Virus record (IMG/VR): IMGVR_UViG_3300008450_000021
DNA length: 64,000 nucleotides
Direction: 5' to 3' (one strand)
Origin: an uncultured virus (IMG/VR IMGVR_UViG_3300008450_000021)
Lineage: Duplodnaviria > Heunggongvirae > Uroviricota > Caudoviricetes
The first letter of the stretch is position 1. The number at the start of each line of letters is the position of its first letter. Below the pieces are notes generated by a model. It made no database searches. It saw nothing but the letters and a program-made list of their open reading frames with translations, and was not told where the DNA came from. A program made the position numbers and the translations under genes. Positions 30,501-39,888 of the stretch are shown here, in pieces.

Positions 30501-31766
30501 AATAGCATTAGCTGCTGTGTCAGGGGCTTCAATAAAAGATTCAAAAGCAATATTAGCTAAAGCTTCTGATTCTGATCCATAATAAGCATTACCGTAATAA
30601 ACAACTATTGCTTTTATTGGTGAACTTGGAAAATAGAACACTCTTTGAATAGTCCAATTTTGATTAGCTGGGGCGGGTACTGCTGTTAATACACCATTAT
30701 TAGAATATCTAGTAGGGTCTATTGCGGCATATCCTGCTCCTGCATTTGTATCATATACCCAAGTAGACCCTGATTGGCGATATCTAAATATTTTAGATAT
30801 ATTAGTTCCTGTATCATTTACATAATAAGGTTCATTAGGATCATTAACATAATCAGCACCAGGAGAGTAAGCTGTACCACTTCCTACTACTAAACTACCT
30901 GTACTTGAACCACTAGGAGATAGTGTAAAACCAGAAAGTTTTAAAGGTCCAAATGCTCTATTAAATATATTTTGTGCTTGTATAAAACCATAGGCTGTTG
31001 ATGGTTGTGTTTTAACAGCATTAATACTAGTTTGATTTTGAAATAATACATTACCAATATTAATTATTGTATTAAATTGACTATTAGTAAAAGGATCTGC
31101 TTGAGCAAAGATGTTATTTGTTGAATCTATACCAACAAAACATTGTTGGTGTGATGCTGTAAAAGCATTAATACTAGCTGATAAGTTAGACCATTCTAGA
31201 TATTGTATTGTTGGATAAGGATCATCACTTAAAGAAGCATTTAAATCCACAATAATACCACTACCACTACTTACTTGATAAACAGTAGATGATTGGGATG
31301 TGATTACACCTCCATGTAATAAGCCAGTATATAAGGTACCTTCTATCCAACGTAAACGAGTTACATTATTGTATCCTTTACTATTTTGAGAAAAATATAA
31401 GTCTTGAGTAGATCCACTTACATAAATGTAAGAGGCTGATATGGTTGTATCTAAATTAGTTGATACAGGATTAAATCTTATATATCCATCATGAGTTACA
31501 TTACCATAAACCTGAACTGTTGGAACTGTGGTTGAACCTGATATAATGATACTACCTGATAATGTAGTATTACCTAATAAATTATTACTACCTATTTGGG
31601 TAGTAGAACCTGATATGTTTAAGCTACCAGTTAATGAAGTATTTCCTATTAATGTATTTGAACCGGTTGTTACTAAAGAACCTGTTATTACAACACCATT
31701 TGATGATGTTAATGAATTTAAAATAGCATTAGAGCCACTTACTATGACTTTTTTCCAATTTGGCAT
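27594..31766 (-). CDS. long tail fibre with C-terminal intramolecular chaperone (peptidase S74)
   Basis: 1390 aa; C-terminal SDASLKTNI...GLIAQEVEQVLPELV...Y..+coiled coil; internal repeated modules. Confidence 0.88.
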   Translation of the reverse strand: MPNWKKVIVSGSNAILNSLTSSNGVVITGSLVTTGSNTLIGNTSLTGSLNISGSTTQIGSNNLLGNTTLSGSIIISGSTTVPTVQVYGNVTHDGYIRFNPVSTNLDTTISASYIYVSGSTQDLYFSQNSKGYNNVTRLRWIEGTLYTGLLHGGVITSQSSTVYQVSSGSGIIVDLNASLSDDPYPTIQYLEWSNLSASINAFTASHQQCFVGIDSTNNIFAQADPFTNSQFNTIINIGNVLFQNQTSINAVKTQPSTAYGFIQAQNIFNRAFGPLKLSGFTLSPSGSSTGSLVVGSGTAYSPGADYVNDPNEPYYVNDTGTNISKIFRYRQSGSTWVYDTNAGAGYAAIDPTRYSNNGVLTAVPAPANQNWTIQRVFYFPSSPIKAIVVYYGNAYYGSESEALANIAFESFIEAPDTAANAIYLGAIVINGTGVFTNAATFTIYPSGLFRQVGGSGGGGSTVTTTLAGLSDVNISAPTDGQALVYNNAALKWENKSFISASISGNAATATTASFANTASYVLNAVSSSFASTASYLNTLNQDLTFNGNLTLNGTASISFLNVTYESASIIYSSGSNQLGDATNDTQTLIGRTIVSGSFEVTGSTNIPNITGSLLGTASYATQALSSSFATTASYVLNAISSSFAPTASYVNPLNQNVIITGSLTVITGSNIELQVLNTGVRLGNIIGDAHTVTGSLGVSGSSNFNGNLTITGSASNSLLVKGSGTTNATNALRIENSAGSSGLIVNDVGKVAIGTNITPNASNAYDLTTSYIIAAYMNNNRYDLAGVLFGSYPGGGIFNIGESGWTGRVNYSTFNILSNVGINKTSPNANLDVSGSVIITGSLTVMTGSNVELQVTNTGVKLGNASTDTHTATGSFNVSGSFNVIGQSVFASNPAGTVGDVAQFYAGVRSIFIRSTNNESSIGNTAGGLGNLISFSGASNAIGFQAGAVTRMFLTDTGLVIGDGLTSPNAKLHVNGNTQITGSSSNSLLVKGSGATSATNALRIENSNASASFTVRDDGLVSVMPNNANITIDGSTSSGGRIIIQNPTSNALIGINSYNTFLYPTELVLFARSTIKGYTNALGDLRFYNLTTGKTYMFMTETGLISVNKGTVTPNADLDVSGSVIITGSLTVITGSNIEFRVLNTGVRIGNVIGDVHTVTGSFSVSGSSNFNGNTTITGSLIVSSSNVTQFLVGTNTLFADSSNNVGIGTTSPSERLHIAAAGNGGDVPLFIRGSNTKGGANYLDFLYVDNTGGGSNPKKYFRIDGNGSWEVINNAYTQVIMSLDDTGNMTIAGTLTQNSDASLKTNIQTIPNALEKTLQLRGVEYDRIGTNKHEIGLIAQEVEQVLPELVSETNGIKSVAYSNVVSILVESIKELKQEIDTLREQINKK

Positions 31767-31782
31767 ATTATTATATAATTAA

Positions 31783-31858
31783 ACCATGGTTAGATACACA
31801 CACTTATGCCGTGCATGAGCCTACTTCCCTACATGGGCCAATGGTCTAGTATAAATAT
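31783..31858 (-). promoter_or_regulatory. promoter plus three-way-junction RNA leader of the tail fibre gene
   Basis: ATATTTATA at 31850-31858, then ACCAT(T)GG/CCATGGT stem enclosing CCC/GGG and TAGG-CATGCAC/GTGTGTG-TCTA stems. Confidence 0.55.
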
Positions 31859-31864
31859 CAGAAA

Positions 31865-32086
31865 TTACTTCTTAGGTGATGTTTTAGCTATAGTTTCAGA
31901 TAATGCTAACATCTTTTTTTGTTCTTCTTCCTGAATCATTTTTTTGATTTCAGAGAGTTCATGTTCAATTTTTGATTGAAGTGATGCTAAAAATTTAGCG
32001 TCTTTACCCTGAATTGTCACTGTCTCTAAAGATTGACGAATAAAATTTAACTCATTGTGAGTTAAATCAATTGAAAATATATCCAT
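31865..32086 (-). CDS. small hypothetical protein
   Basis: 73 aa; LT.NEL..I...L...GKD motif resembles the neighbouring gene. Confidence 0.65.
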   Translation of the reverse strand: MDIFSIDLTHNELNFIRQSLETVTIQGKDAKFLASLQSKIEHELSEIKKMIQEEEQKKMLALSETIAKTSPKK

Positions 32087-32092
32087 AACTTA

Positions 32093-32302
32093 TTATTTTG
32101 TTTGTTCTAAATATTGATTTTGTAGTTTAACTACCATAGTGTAAATAGCCTCTACGTCTTCTCCAAGGAAACTTGATCTCTTTATTAAAGTTAATAACAC
32201 CTCTAACTCCTTAGAATTTAATTGATTTGGAGTTTGTTTAGTTTGTGTTAGTTTAACCTGAGTAGAGTTAACTCCTTCAATATGATTAGCTGTAAAACTC
32301 AT
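32093..32302 (-). CDS. small hypothetical protein
   Basis: LNSKELEVLL..I....F.GED motif; likely start MSFTAN. Confidence 0.65.
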   Translation of the reverse strand: MSFTANHIEGVNSTQVKLTQTKQTPNQLNSKELEVLLTLIKRSSFLGEDVEAIYTMVVKLQNQYLEQTK

Positions 32303-32319
32303 AACTGATTTAAAAAATT

Positions 32320-33051
32320 TTATGAATAAATCCAAATATTTTCGTCTGTACCTATAAATATATTACCTCCTACTTGGTATCTTGCTGGTGCTGCTGTTGG
32401 TGATGTGCCTGCACCTATAACAGCTGCAGCTACAAAAGCATCAGGAGTAAAAGAACTATTAGCACCATTAAATGAACTAGTAAATGCCCATCTTGTAGTA
32501 CCACTATCAAATGCAAATAACTCACCTACATTTTGAGTACCTTGTTGAACTACAATACCACCATCACCAGTTGTATTTGAACCAGAGGCTAATAATACAA
32601 ATCTATCTGCTACTTCTAAGTTAGTAGTGTTTTGAAATGATGCTGTACCTTGTACTGTTAAATTATTTGTAATAACAGCATTACCTGTGACTGTTAATAA
32701 AGTACCATCAAATGTTAAATTAGATTCACCATTAATAGTACCACCACCAGTTGCTGTTATTATTCTATTATCAACATTATTAGTAATAGCATTTGTTAAA
32801 TTATTAACAGATGAAGCATATGAAGCTGAAGTACTATTTAAAGCATATGATGCACTAGTAGCATTTAAGGCATATGATGCTGAGGTACTATTTAGAGCAT
32901 ATGATGCACTAGTAGCATTTAGAGCGTAGGATGAACTTAAACCTTGAGAAGCATATGATGCTGTACCTGATAAGTTTCCTAAAAATGATGAAGTAACTGA
33001 TAATAATTCCGCATTACTACCTGATACTATGACTTTTTTCCATGTTGCCAT
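32320..33051 (-). CDS. short fibre-like virion protein
   Basis: N-terminus WKKVIVSGSNA is identical to that of the long fibre; four SASYALN repeats. Confidence 0.7.
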   Translation of the reverse strand: MATWKKVIVSGSNAELLSVTSSFLGNLSGTASYASQGLSSSYALNATSASYALNSTSASYALNATSASYALNSTSASYASSVNNLTNAITNNVDNRIITATGGGTINGESNLTFDGTLLTVTGNAVITNNLTVQGTASFQNTTNLEVADRFVLLASGSNTTGDGGIVVQQGTQNVGELFAFDSGTTRWAFTSSFNGANSSFTPDAFVAAAVIGAGTSPTAAPARYQVGGNIFIGTDENIWIYS

Positions 33052-33084
33052 TATATATTACTTTAATGTTTGTTATAAATATGT

Positions 33085-33468
33085 TTAATTTTCTAATCCT
33101 ACATAAAAAGATGAAGAAGTAAAGTATATGCTTCCAGCTACTGTTGAACCTGTTAATGGAGCTGATTGAGTGGCAAAATATACTATACTTTCACTAACTT
33201 TAAATGTTGTTTGACCTGTATTATTTTTAATTAAGAATATGTTATTAGTAATAGTAGTAGTGTCTGAAGTTATAGATATTAATTCAGCACTAGCTGACTT
33301 AACTAAAAATAAATTACCAATGGGACTTACACTAGCAGTTACACTACCTGATGTTATTTCATTTCCTTTTACTGTTAAATTAGTTAAACCACTACCATCG
33401 CCAAAAAATGACCCACTAAATGAACCGGATAACGGATATTGTATTTGTTTACTGGTAATTAATGCCAT
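33085..33468 (-). CDS. virion structural protein
   Basis: SGSFSGSFFGDGSGLT motif typical of fibre proteins; structural context. Confidence 0.65.
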   Translation of the reverse strand: MALITSKQIQYPLSGSFSGSFFGDGSGLTNLTVKGNEITSGSVTASVSPIGNLFLVKSASAELISITSDTTTITNNIFLIKNNTGQTTFKVSESIVYFATQSAPLTGSTVAGSIYFTSSSFYVGLEN

Positions 33469-34736
33469 TATGTGAATTTTCCTATTGCTACTACTTCGTC
33501 TGTTAAATTTAATGAATAACCTATAGATGATGTATTGAAAGTTGTCACTACATTTCCTCCACTTTCTAATAAAGATACAGCAGAAGAAGGAACGTATTGG
33601 CCGTTAATATAAAACACAAAGTTACTTACTGTTGTAGCTGGTAAACTTGATCCTGCTGGTGGTTGTAATATAGATGCACTAGTAAATGTAGCGATATTAG
33701 GAACTGTTACAGAACCTGCTATTTTAGTAATATTGGTATTAATATATTCTAAATCAGCATTACTTGCTCCTGTGCTTGTTACATTAGTTACATTAATTCC
33801 TCCTCCTATAAATGAAGTTGCACCTGTAGCATTTTTAGCTGCTGGTTTATTTGCAAATTTCATTTCATCTATATTTGTTGTTGTTCCTGCTCCGTCTATT
33901 ACTTCTAAATTAAAAACCACTTGAGATGTTGTATAAAATTTACTACGAGCTACTGCTAAATCTTTATTTACTGTATCAGGAATGATATATCCATTTAAAA
34001 CAAGATTAAAAGTAGAGCGAGCCGCTCTATCTTCTCCTTGTTCTAATAAAGTAGTTGTAGTAAATGAATCTATTCTGGCTTTGAATTTCCATCTGTTTGG
34101 ATCACCCCAATATGAATCAGAAGCAAATTCAATTGCTTCTACTAACTTATTGTTTTGTTCAACATAATCTGTAAATACAACACATGAATATGTTAAAGTA
34201 ACATAATCAGGTACAGCACTCATGTAATACTGTTCTGAGGGTATTCTATTATTTATAACAGAGAATCTATCATATGCATTTCTGATATTGTACTTTGTAC
34301 CTATAACTTGATATAAATGAGCTCTATTGCCGTCTAATTTATTTCCTAATGTTCTATTTTTTTCAACATTTTCACGTTTGAACATTATAAGAGGAGCTAA
34401 TCCTTTTCCGTTAGCATCACGATAGAAACCATCTGCTTGAACTGATTTCCAACGTTCTGGAGAGCCATAAATTACAGGAACTGTTATTTGTTGTCCGTTT
34501 TGTATTACAGATGGTTTTATAACACTTTCAAAATAATATAATACAGCATAATCTAAATCTTCTAGTCCTATACTTACGTCTTTAACAGTGTCTCCTTTAA
34601 ACGAAATATCTTTACCTCTATTTTTAGAAAATACAGTATTACTAACAGGTTTTCCTTGATCTTTTAAATAAGGAATAACTTGTTCTTGACTAATTTCAGC
34701 TGCATTTTTAGGTATAGGTTTAAGAGATCTAGCCAT
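33468..34736 (-). CDS. gp15: tail completion/sheath stabiliser with C-terminal extension
   Basis: VPVIYGSPERW, P.YVTL.Y, EQ.N.LVE motifs; follows neck genes. Confidence 0.75.
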   Translation of the reverse strand: MARSLKPIPKNAAEISQEQVIPYLKDQGKPVSNTVFSKNRGKDISFKGDTVKDVSIGLEDLDYAVLYYFESVIKPSVIQNGQQITVPVIYGSPERWKSVQADGFYRDANGKGLAPLIMFKRENVEKNRTLGNKLDGNRAHLYQVIGTKYNIRNAYDRFSVINNRIPSEQYYMSAVPDYVTLTYSCVVFTDYVEQNNKLVEAIEFASDSYWGDPNRWKFKARIDSFTTTTLLEQGEDRAARSTFNLVLNGYIIPDTVNKDLAVARSKFYTTSQVVFNLEVIDGAGTTTNIDEMKFANKPAAKNATGATSFIGGGINVTNVTSTGASNADLEYINTNITKIAGSVTVPNIATFTSASILQPPAGSSLPATTVSNFVFYINGQYVPSSAVSLLESGGNVVTTFNTSSIGYSLNLTDEVVAIGKFT

Positions 34737-35098
34737 TACTGTTGTTTTCTTTGTAATTCTAACATTTTATCTAATGCTAATATCATTTGGGCGGCTTTAT
34801 ATAAATAACTATTAGCGTCTTTAGCTACTTTAGCTATATCTTCATTAGTAGAATATTTAAATGCCTGTACTTCTCTTCTGTATTTTAAAACATTTCTTCG
34901 TATTTCATCAAATTTAGGAAGTGCTTCAAACTCTTGTGTATAAGCGCCGGTTTCAGGATCCATAGAAGTTTTTATACTTTTATATCCTCTTTCAAAAGCC
35001 TCATCACCTTTTTTAGGTTTAAAAGCAGCTACTTTTTCACCACTTTTCCCAGTTACAGGGATTTCAGCTTCATTTAATATATCTAATAATTTAATCAT
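34736..35098 (-). CDS. hypothetical protein with MIKLxxILxE leader
   Basis: Likely start MIKLLDILNE, directly after an ATATTTAT motif. Confidence 0.65.
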   Translation of the reverse strand: MIKLLDILNEAEIPVTGKSGEKVAAFKPKKGDEAFERGYKSIKTSMDPETGAYTQEFEALPKFDEIRRNVLKYRREVQAFKYSTNEDIAKVAKDANSYLYKAAQMILALDKMLELQRKQQ

Positions 35099-35109
35099 GT
35101 TAATAAATA

Positions 35110-35646
35110 TTATAATCTTGTTTGAGTTATACCTAATATTTCTGGTCTCATATAATGGCATGTTACTATGATCGACCATGATGAACCAAAATTATCTGTG
35201 TTAGTTGAATAAGAATAGTTATAATCCTTACCTACAACTAACTGATTTTCGTTTACATTGTCTACTTCATAGTAATCGTTATTCCATAAAACAACATCTC
35301 CTATCTCAGGTACTATGTTATATGTAAAGCCTCTAGCATCTGGGCCAAGTTCGGTGCTTAAGTCAATACCTGCGAGATCATCGCGTAAAAAGCGGCAAGT
35401 AATATTACGATTTATATCAGGTCCAAAATCATCTGTTGTTGAGATAGTATCTCCGCGTTCAATTAAACAATTTAATAATACCGGGTCATTATATGTCTTT
35501 TTAGGAGCCTCACCATACATGTTAGGTAAAGAACGATCCAATACTATTTTATAATATCCTACCTTTTGCTCAATGATATCATTGAGTAATTCTCTATTTA
35601 TATGTCTAAATAGACTTATATCCCTATTTGCTCCAAATAAACTCAT
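35110..35646 (-). CDS. gp14: neck/head-closure protein
   Basis: N.YGEA, PEIGDVV.W...YEV motifs; downstream of gp13-like gene. Confidence 0.75.
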   Translation of the reverse strand: MSLFGANRDISLFRHINRELLNDIIEQKVGYYKIVLDRSLPNMYGEAPKKTYNDPVLLNCLIERGDTISTTDDFGPDINRNITCRFLRDDLAGIDLSTELGPDARGFTYNIVPEIGDVVLWNNDYYEVDNVNENQLVVGKDYNYSYSTNTDNFGSSWSIIVTCHYMRPEILGITQTRL

Positions 35647-35984
35647 TATAGGGTAGTTATTTTTTCTAAAGTTTTAAACCTAGGCATAAATTTTAATAAT
35701 CCTGGAATTTTTTGGGTCGCTAAGGCTCTTCTTTTAATTTCTGCTATTGATTCTTTTGGATCTTTTCTCACAATATATTTCATATGCAGTAAAGCATATT
35801 CAGTTTGATCTGTAATTAAAGTATTTAGATAAGTATTTTGTTCTACTTTAACAACAACAACTCCATCTATACCTCTAATTTCATTATAGATATCTACTTT
35901 ATTTGCTTGTCTTTCTACTTTAATCATTACTTCTATTTCATATATAGAAAGTACTTCAAGTAATAAATTTTGTAATTTTACCAT
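35646..35984 (-). CDS. hypothetical protein with MVKLxxLLxE leader
   Basis: 112 aa between neck genes. Confidence 0.65.
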   Translation of the reverse strand: MVKLQNLLLEVLSIYEIEVMIKVERQANKVDIYNEIRGIDGVVVVKVEQNTYLNTLITDQTEYALLHMKYIVRKDPKESIAEIKRRALATQKIPGLLKFMPRFKTLEKITTL

Positions 35985-35987
35985 AGC

Positions 35988-37145
35988 TTAAAATATATAA
36001 ATTCCCATTGGTACATTGATTAATGCTTTTTGCATGTTTTCAGCTTCCAATGCTTGGTTTTCTAATTGAGTTTTACGAGAAGCATCACTTAATGTAGCTC
36101 TTAAAACTTCTAATAATTTTTCTTTTTCAGTTCTAGCATCAGCTAATAAATCAGCTTGATTTAAAGTAACTTCAGCTCCAGGAATAGGTACTGTACTGTA
36201 TTTACCTCTAATGTAGGCTAACATTTCTTTACATATTGCTAAAGTGTACTGATATATCCATTGTTTACCTACAGCATTAATAAAACCAAATGTAGGATTA
36301 GTATAAGGGACATTTGAAACGTCTGTTATTCTACCAGAACCTAAACCACTACCACTAAGAGGGATTATACTATTTCTTTCATTTACTAATATATAATGAA
36401 AAAACATTTTTAGATCAGTAGTAGGAATAGGGAATATTCTTAATTTATTGTTTATTAAGTCAAATGAGTAAGCTGATTTTCTAATCTGATCATTTAATTC
36501 AATAGCTTGTATTTTTTGAACATCAAAATATATAGGCATTAACAAAAAGTTAATACCAGGTGAAAATTGACCAAATCCAAATGTTTCTAATAATGATTGA
36601 ATACCAGTACCTGTACCAGCATATGGGTCAAAATAACGAACTATTGCTGGTGGTTCTTGGTAAAATACTTTCTTAACTTCAATAGATGATGTAATACCAT
36701 ATGAACTAGACATGATTGTTTTTAAATCATAATCCTGGACACCAGGAATCATATCAAATGAAGCTGTGTATTGAGTAATATTACCTCCTGAACCCGCTTC
36801 AACAGCATATGTTTGGGAAAGACGTACTGTACTACCTAAATTAGGGGTAACTACTTGGTTATTGAATGAAGAACCGGTTGAATTTCCTTGCATTGCAAAG
36901 AAGTTTTCACGTATTTTCCATTGGTATACTTCATTTCCGTAAACTGTAATGGCTTCCTCAAATGCTGTGTAGAAATTAATGTCTTGCAATTCAATTTCCA
37001 TTAATGGGTAACCTAATCTACGAGCACACCAATTTGCTACTTTATCAGCTTCTTGTTGAAAAGACGCGTCATAATCATAGAAACCAAATGGGGTACTTCC
37101 AGGTACGAATGAACTTGAGCCAGGCCAAATAGGAATGTTTGCCAT
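35988..37145 (-). CDS. gp13: neck/head-tail adaptor protein
   Basis: RRLGYP..IEL, WI.QY.LA..KE.L..IRGKY..VPIPG..VTLN motifs. Confidence 0.85.
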   Translation of the reverse strand: MANIPIWPGSSSFVPGSTPFGFYDYDASFQQEADKVANWCARRLGYPLMEIELQDINFYTAFEEAITVYGNEVYQWKIRENFFAMQGNSTGSSFNNQVVTPNLGSTVRLSQTYAVEAGSGGNITQYTASFDMIPGVQDYDLKTIMSSSYGITSSIEVKKVFYQEPPAIVRYFDPYAGTGTGIQSLLETFGFGQFSPGINFLLMPIYFDVQKIQAIELNDQIRKSAYSFDLINNKLRIFPIPTTDLKMFFHYILVNERNSIIPLSGSGLGSGRITDVSNVPYTNPTFGFINAVGKQWIYQYTLAICKEMLAYIRGKYSTVPIPGAEVTLNQADLLADARTEKEKLLEVLRATLSDASRKTQLENQALEAENMQKALINVPMGIYIF

Positions 37146-37190
37146 ATTATATTATTGTAAATATTGTTATATCATATAAATATATGACTA

Positions 37191-38213
37191 TTATAGCTTA
37201 GTTATAATAACATAACCATGTCCTTGATTAATGTTACTAGAACCAGTAACAAATGATCCAGTATAGAATGTACCTCCACCACCACCAAATGAACTATTAG
37301 ATGCTCCTGAATTTCCTCCAGCACCACCCCCTGAGTATCCACCTCCACCTCCAGCCCATCCTATAATATTAGGATCACCACTTGCATCACCATCAACAGC
37401 TCCACCACCTCCACCAAATCCACCCTCAACACCATTTATATTTGAAGTTGAACCAGTAGTACCACCTAACCAATTTCCAACTCTAGATAATCCTTGACCT
37501 CCATTAGCAGCTGAACCTGATGAATTAATACCTGCTCCTGGGGCTCCATATAAAATATTTCTATTACTTCTAAATCCACCACTACCATTAAACCCTCCTG
37601 AACCTGAAAATCCACTTCCTATATTTACTGTAGAGCCGGATGTGGTGTTAAATTTACCACTAGCTGTAGCTTGATTTGAAAATAAGTTAACTAAAGCACC
37701 AGCAGCACCACCACCACCACCTACAGCTAAATAATATGTTATAGAAGAACTATCATAAACAAATGTACCCCCACCACCTGATCCACCATTAAATGTTGCT
37801 GCTCCTGAACCTGTAAATCTATTTCCTCCTCTTTGTCCTACTACAATTAATATTTTTTGATTTTGAGTTAAAGAAATATCTGTAGTTACAGATGCTCCAA
37901 ATCCACCACTAAAATTTAATGTTGGGCTATTACCTCCAGCTGCACCTGCTGCTACTATTCTATAAGTTGCTGTGGCTGGTACAGTCCATTCTTGAATACC
38001 TCGAATGGAAGCTGAAAAATATAATGATGATGTTACCCAAGAAGCGGTGGTAGCATATGAAGCTGTCAATTGTTGGTAAGTAGGACCTTGCCTACCTGTG
38101 GCTCCAGCATTAGTGAAAGTAAATGTTGTAAAATCATATAAAGAAGATGTATCTGGGGGTGATACAGGAGAAGGTGTACTTTGAGCAAAAAAACCAAATA
38201 TAGGATAAATCAT
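37191..38213 (-). CDS. glycine-rich domain protein (ALK/LTK GRD-like)
   Basis: FTNAGATGRQGPT, GIQEWTVPATATY.I.A.GAAGG, VGQRG, GGGGT, GGFGGGG, GGGGGYSGG motifs. Confidence 0.75.
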   Translation of the reverse strand: MIYPIFGFFAQSTPSPVSPPDTSSLYDFTTFTFTNAGATGRQGPTYQQLTASYATTASWVTSSLYFSASIRGIQEWTVPATATYRIVAAGAAGGNSPTLNFSGGFGASVTTDISLTQNQKILIVVGQRGGNRFTGSGAATFNGGSGGGGTFVYDSSSITYYLAVGGGGGAAGALVNLFSNQATASGKFNTTSGSTVNIGSGFSGSGGFNGSGGFRSNRNILYGAPGAGINSSGSAANGGQGLSRVGNWLGGTTGSTSNINGVEGGFGGGGGAVDGDASGDPNIIGWAGGGGGYSGGGAGGNSGASNSSFGGGGGTFYTGSFVTGSSNINQGHGYVIITKL

Positions 38214-39454
38214 ATCAAATTCTTCACATTTACTAAATACAAATTACTACTATCTAATGATACAAAAGTTAATATATCTGTTCCAGTTGTAGTTGTAGGA
38301 GTATAAGAAGATCCACTTGGTTGTTTAACTGTAGAAGGAAAACTAACTGTAGCAGATCCTGTAGTAGATAGTAGAAGTATACTTGATTGACCTGGTTTAA
38401 TATTTGAAGGATTAATATGTGTATTTACTCCTGCTACTAACTGTAAAGTAAAGAAATTACCTGAGTTTAAATTTAATGATGCTGTGTTTGATGATATAGT
38501 TAAAGTTGTAACATTTCCTTGAGTAGAACCTGTGATAACAACACTTTGATTAAGATTATTAATGAATGAGGATGATATACTGTTATTTGCCCAACTAGAA
38601 GTACCTAATAAAGACCCAGTTATACCATTAGTAACATTTAAAGTACCTGTAATAGAGGTATTAATACCTATAGAAACATTTGAATCATTATCTATAATAT
38701 TTGAATCATATAAATGGTCTCCACCCTGTCCTCTTAATACTCTGTATTGAGTAGGATAAATTACATTTGACAATGATCCAGTGTTACGAGGTCCTGACAT
38801 GAATCCTCCACCATTATATGTGCTTCCACTAGCATTCTCGTAAACAAAGTGATTTGTTTGAGAATCCCAAACAATAGAAGAAGTAGTATTCGATCCAGAA
38901 TCATACACTTGAATACCTGAAAAACGAGCTGGTGTACCAGATGAGTTTAAAACAATATATTGATCTCCTATAATTACAGCTGATCCAGAAATATATTCTA
39001 CATATCCAATAGAAGCAGATACTGCGTTTAATATATTTGTATTTATGTTATTATTAACTAATAAATTTGAGGCTGTTAAATTTAGTCCACTGTTAATATT
39101 TGAAGCAAAAGATGATGTTATGCTATTATTTGCCCAACTAGAAGTTCCAAATAATGAACCTGTAAATCCTAAAGTTGATGTTGTAGATCCTGTTATTATT
39201 TGATTACCATTAAAGTTATTTGAACCTGTAGTAGCAAATGAACCTGTTGCAAATGAACCTGTACCTGGAGATCCAGCTGCTCCTGCTATTCCTTGAGGGC
39301 CGGGCGTTGCTACCTGTATTATATTGAGTGCGGGTTGGATAAGACTAATTTCAATGTTACTGGTTTCATTAACAACTGTTATTTGGTTGTTATTATTTTG
39401 TACAGTAACACTATTAGTTGTGTTTACTATTTCAACTTGATTAGGTGTAGCCAT
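38210..39454 (-). CDS. virion fibre/decoration protein
   Basis: Short collagen-like GPQGIAGAAGSPG; FATTGSNNF.GNQ and DSG..TSS..WDS segments shared with the 1916..4255 protein. Confidence 0.7.
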   Translation of the reverse strand: MATPNQVEIVNTTNSVTVQNNNNQITVVNETSNIEISLIQPALNIIQVATPGPQGIAGAAGSPGTGSFATGSFATTGSNNFNGNQIITGSTTSTLGFTGSLFGTSSWANNSITSSFASNINSGLNLTASNLLVNNNINTNILNAVSASIGYVEYISGSAVIIGDQYIVLNSSGTPARFSGIQVYDSGSNTTSSIVWDSQTNHFVYENASGSTYNGGGFMSGPRNTGSLSNVIYPTQYRVLRGQGGDHLYDSNIIDNDSNVSIGINTSITGTLNVTNGITGSLLGTSSWANNSISSSFINNLNQSVVITGSTQGNVTTLTISSNTASLNLNSGNFFTLQLVAGVNTHINPSNIKPGQSSILLLSTTGSATVSFPSTVKQPSGSSYTPTTTTGTDILTFVSLDSSNLYLVNVKNLI

Positions 39455-39861
39455 TAATATGTTACTTGTTTAGAAATACTTATTCTACCTTCTAATATTC
39501 TTGTTCTAATACTTCCTGAGGTTATTTCTAAATCATAATATGCTTGGTCAGTAAATGTTAAAGCGTCTGTAGCTGCCCAACCAGCGTATATTCCTATACT
39601 ACCTGATGTAGTTGGTTTTGTTTGGGTACTACCGGCAAAACATAAAAATACACTACCACTAGTTTTAGCAGGAGTAAGATCAGCTAAACTAGAGGTAAAT
39701 GTTAAATAAGTTGTGCCACTACCACTATAACTTGAGCGTATTTGCATAGCTCCAGTATATCCTGTTAGGTCTATAGGATTACCATTAGAATCTTTATATT
39801 GAATTTCAAAATCTAAAGTAGCCCCTTGCTCTATTATAAATGAATATTTTCCAGCTGACAT
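39454..39861 (-). CDS. virion structural protein (Ig/BppU-like)
   Basis: IEQGAT...PIDLTGY...MQIR...YDLE...RILEG motif common in phage structural proteins. Confidence 0.65.
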   Translation of the reverse strand: MSAGKYSFIIEQGATLDFEIQYKDSNGNPIDLTGYTGAMQIRSSYSGSGTTYLTFTSSLADLTPAKTSGSVFLCFAGSTQTKPTTSGSIGIYAGWAATDALTFTDQAYYDLEITSGSIRTRILEGRISISKQVTY

Positions 39862-39888
39862 GTGTTTTACTATAAATATTGGAAAATA

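Noticed and set aside
27594..31766. Diversity-generating retroelement targeting the fibre
   Set aside because: No reverse transcriptase in the window, and no template/variable repeat pair with adenine-specific differences was seen.
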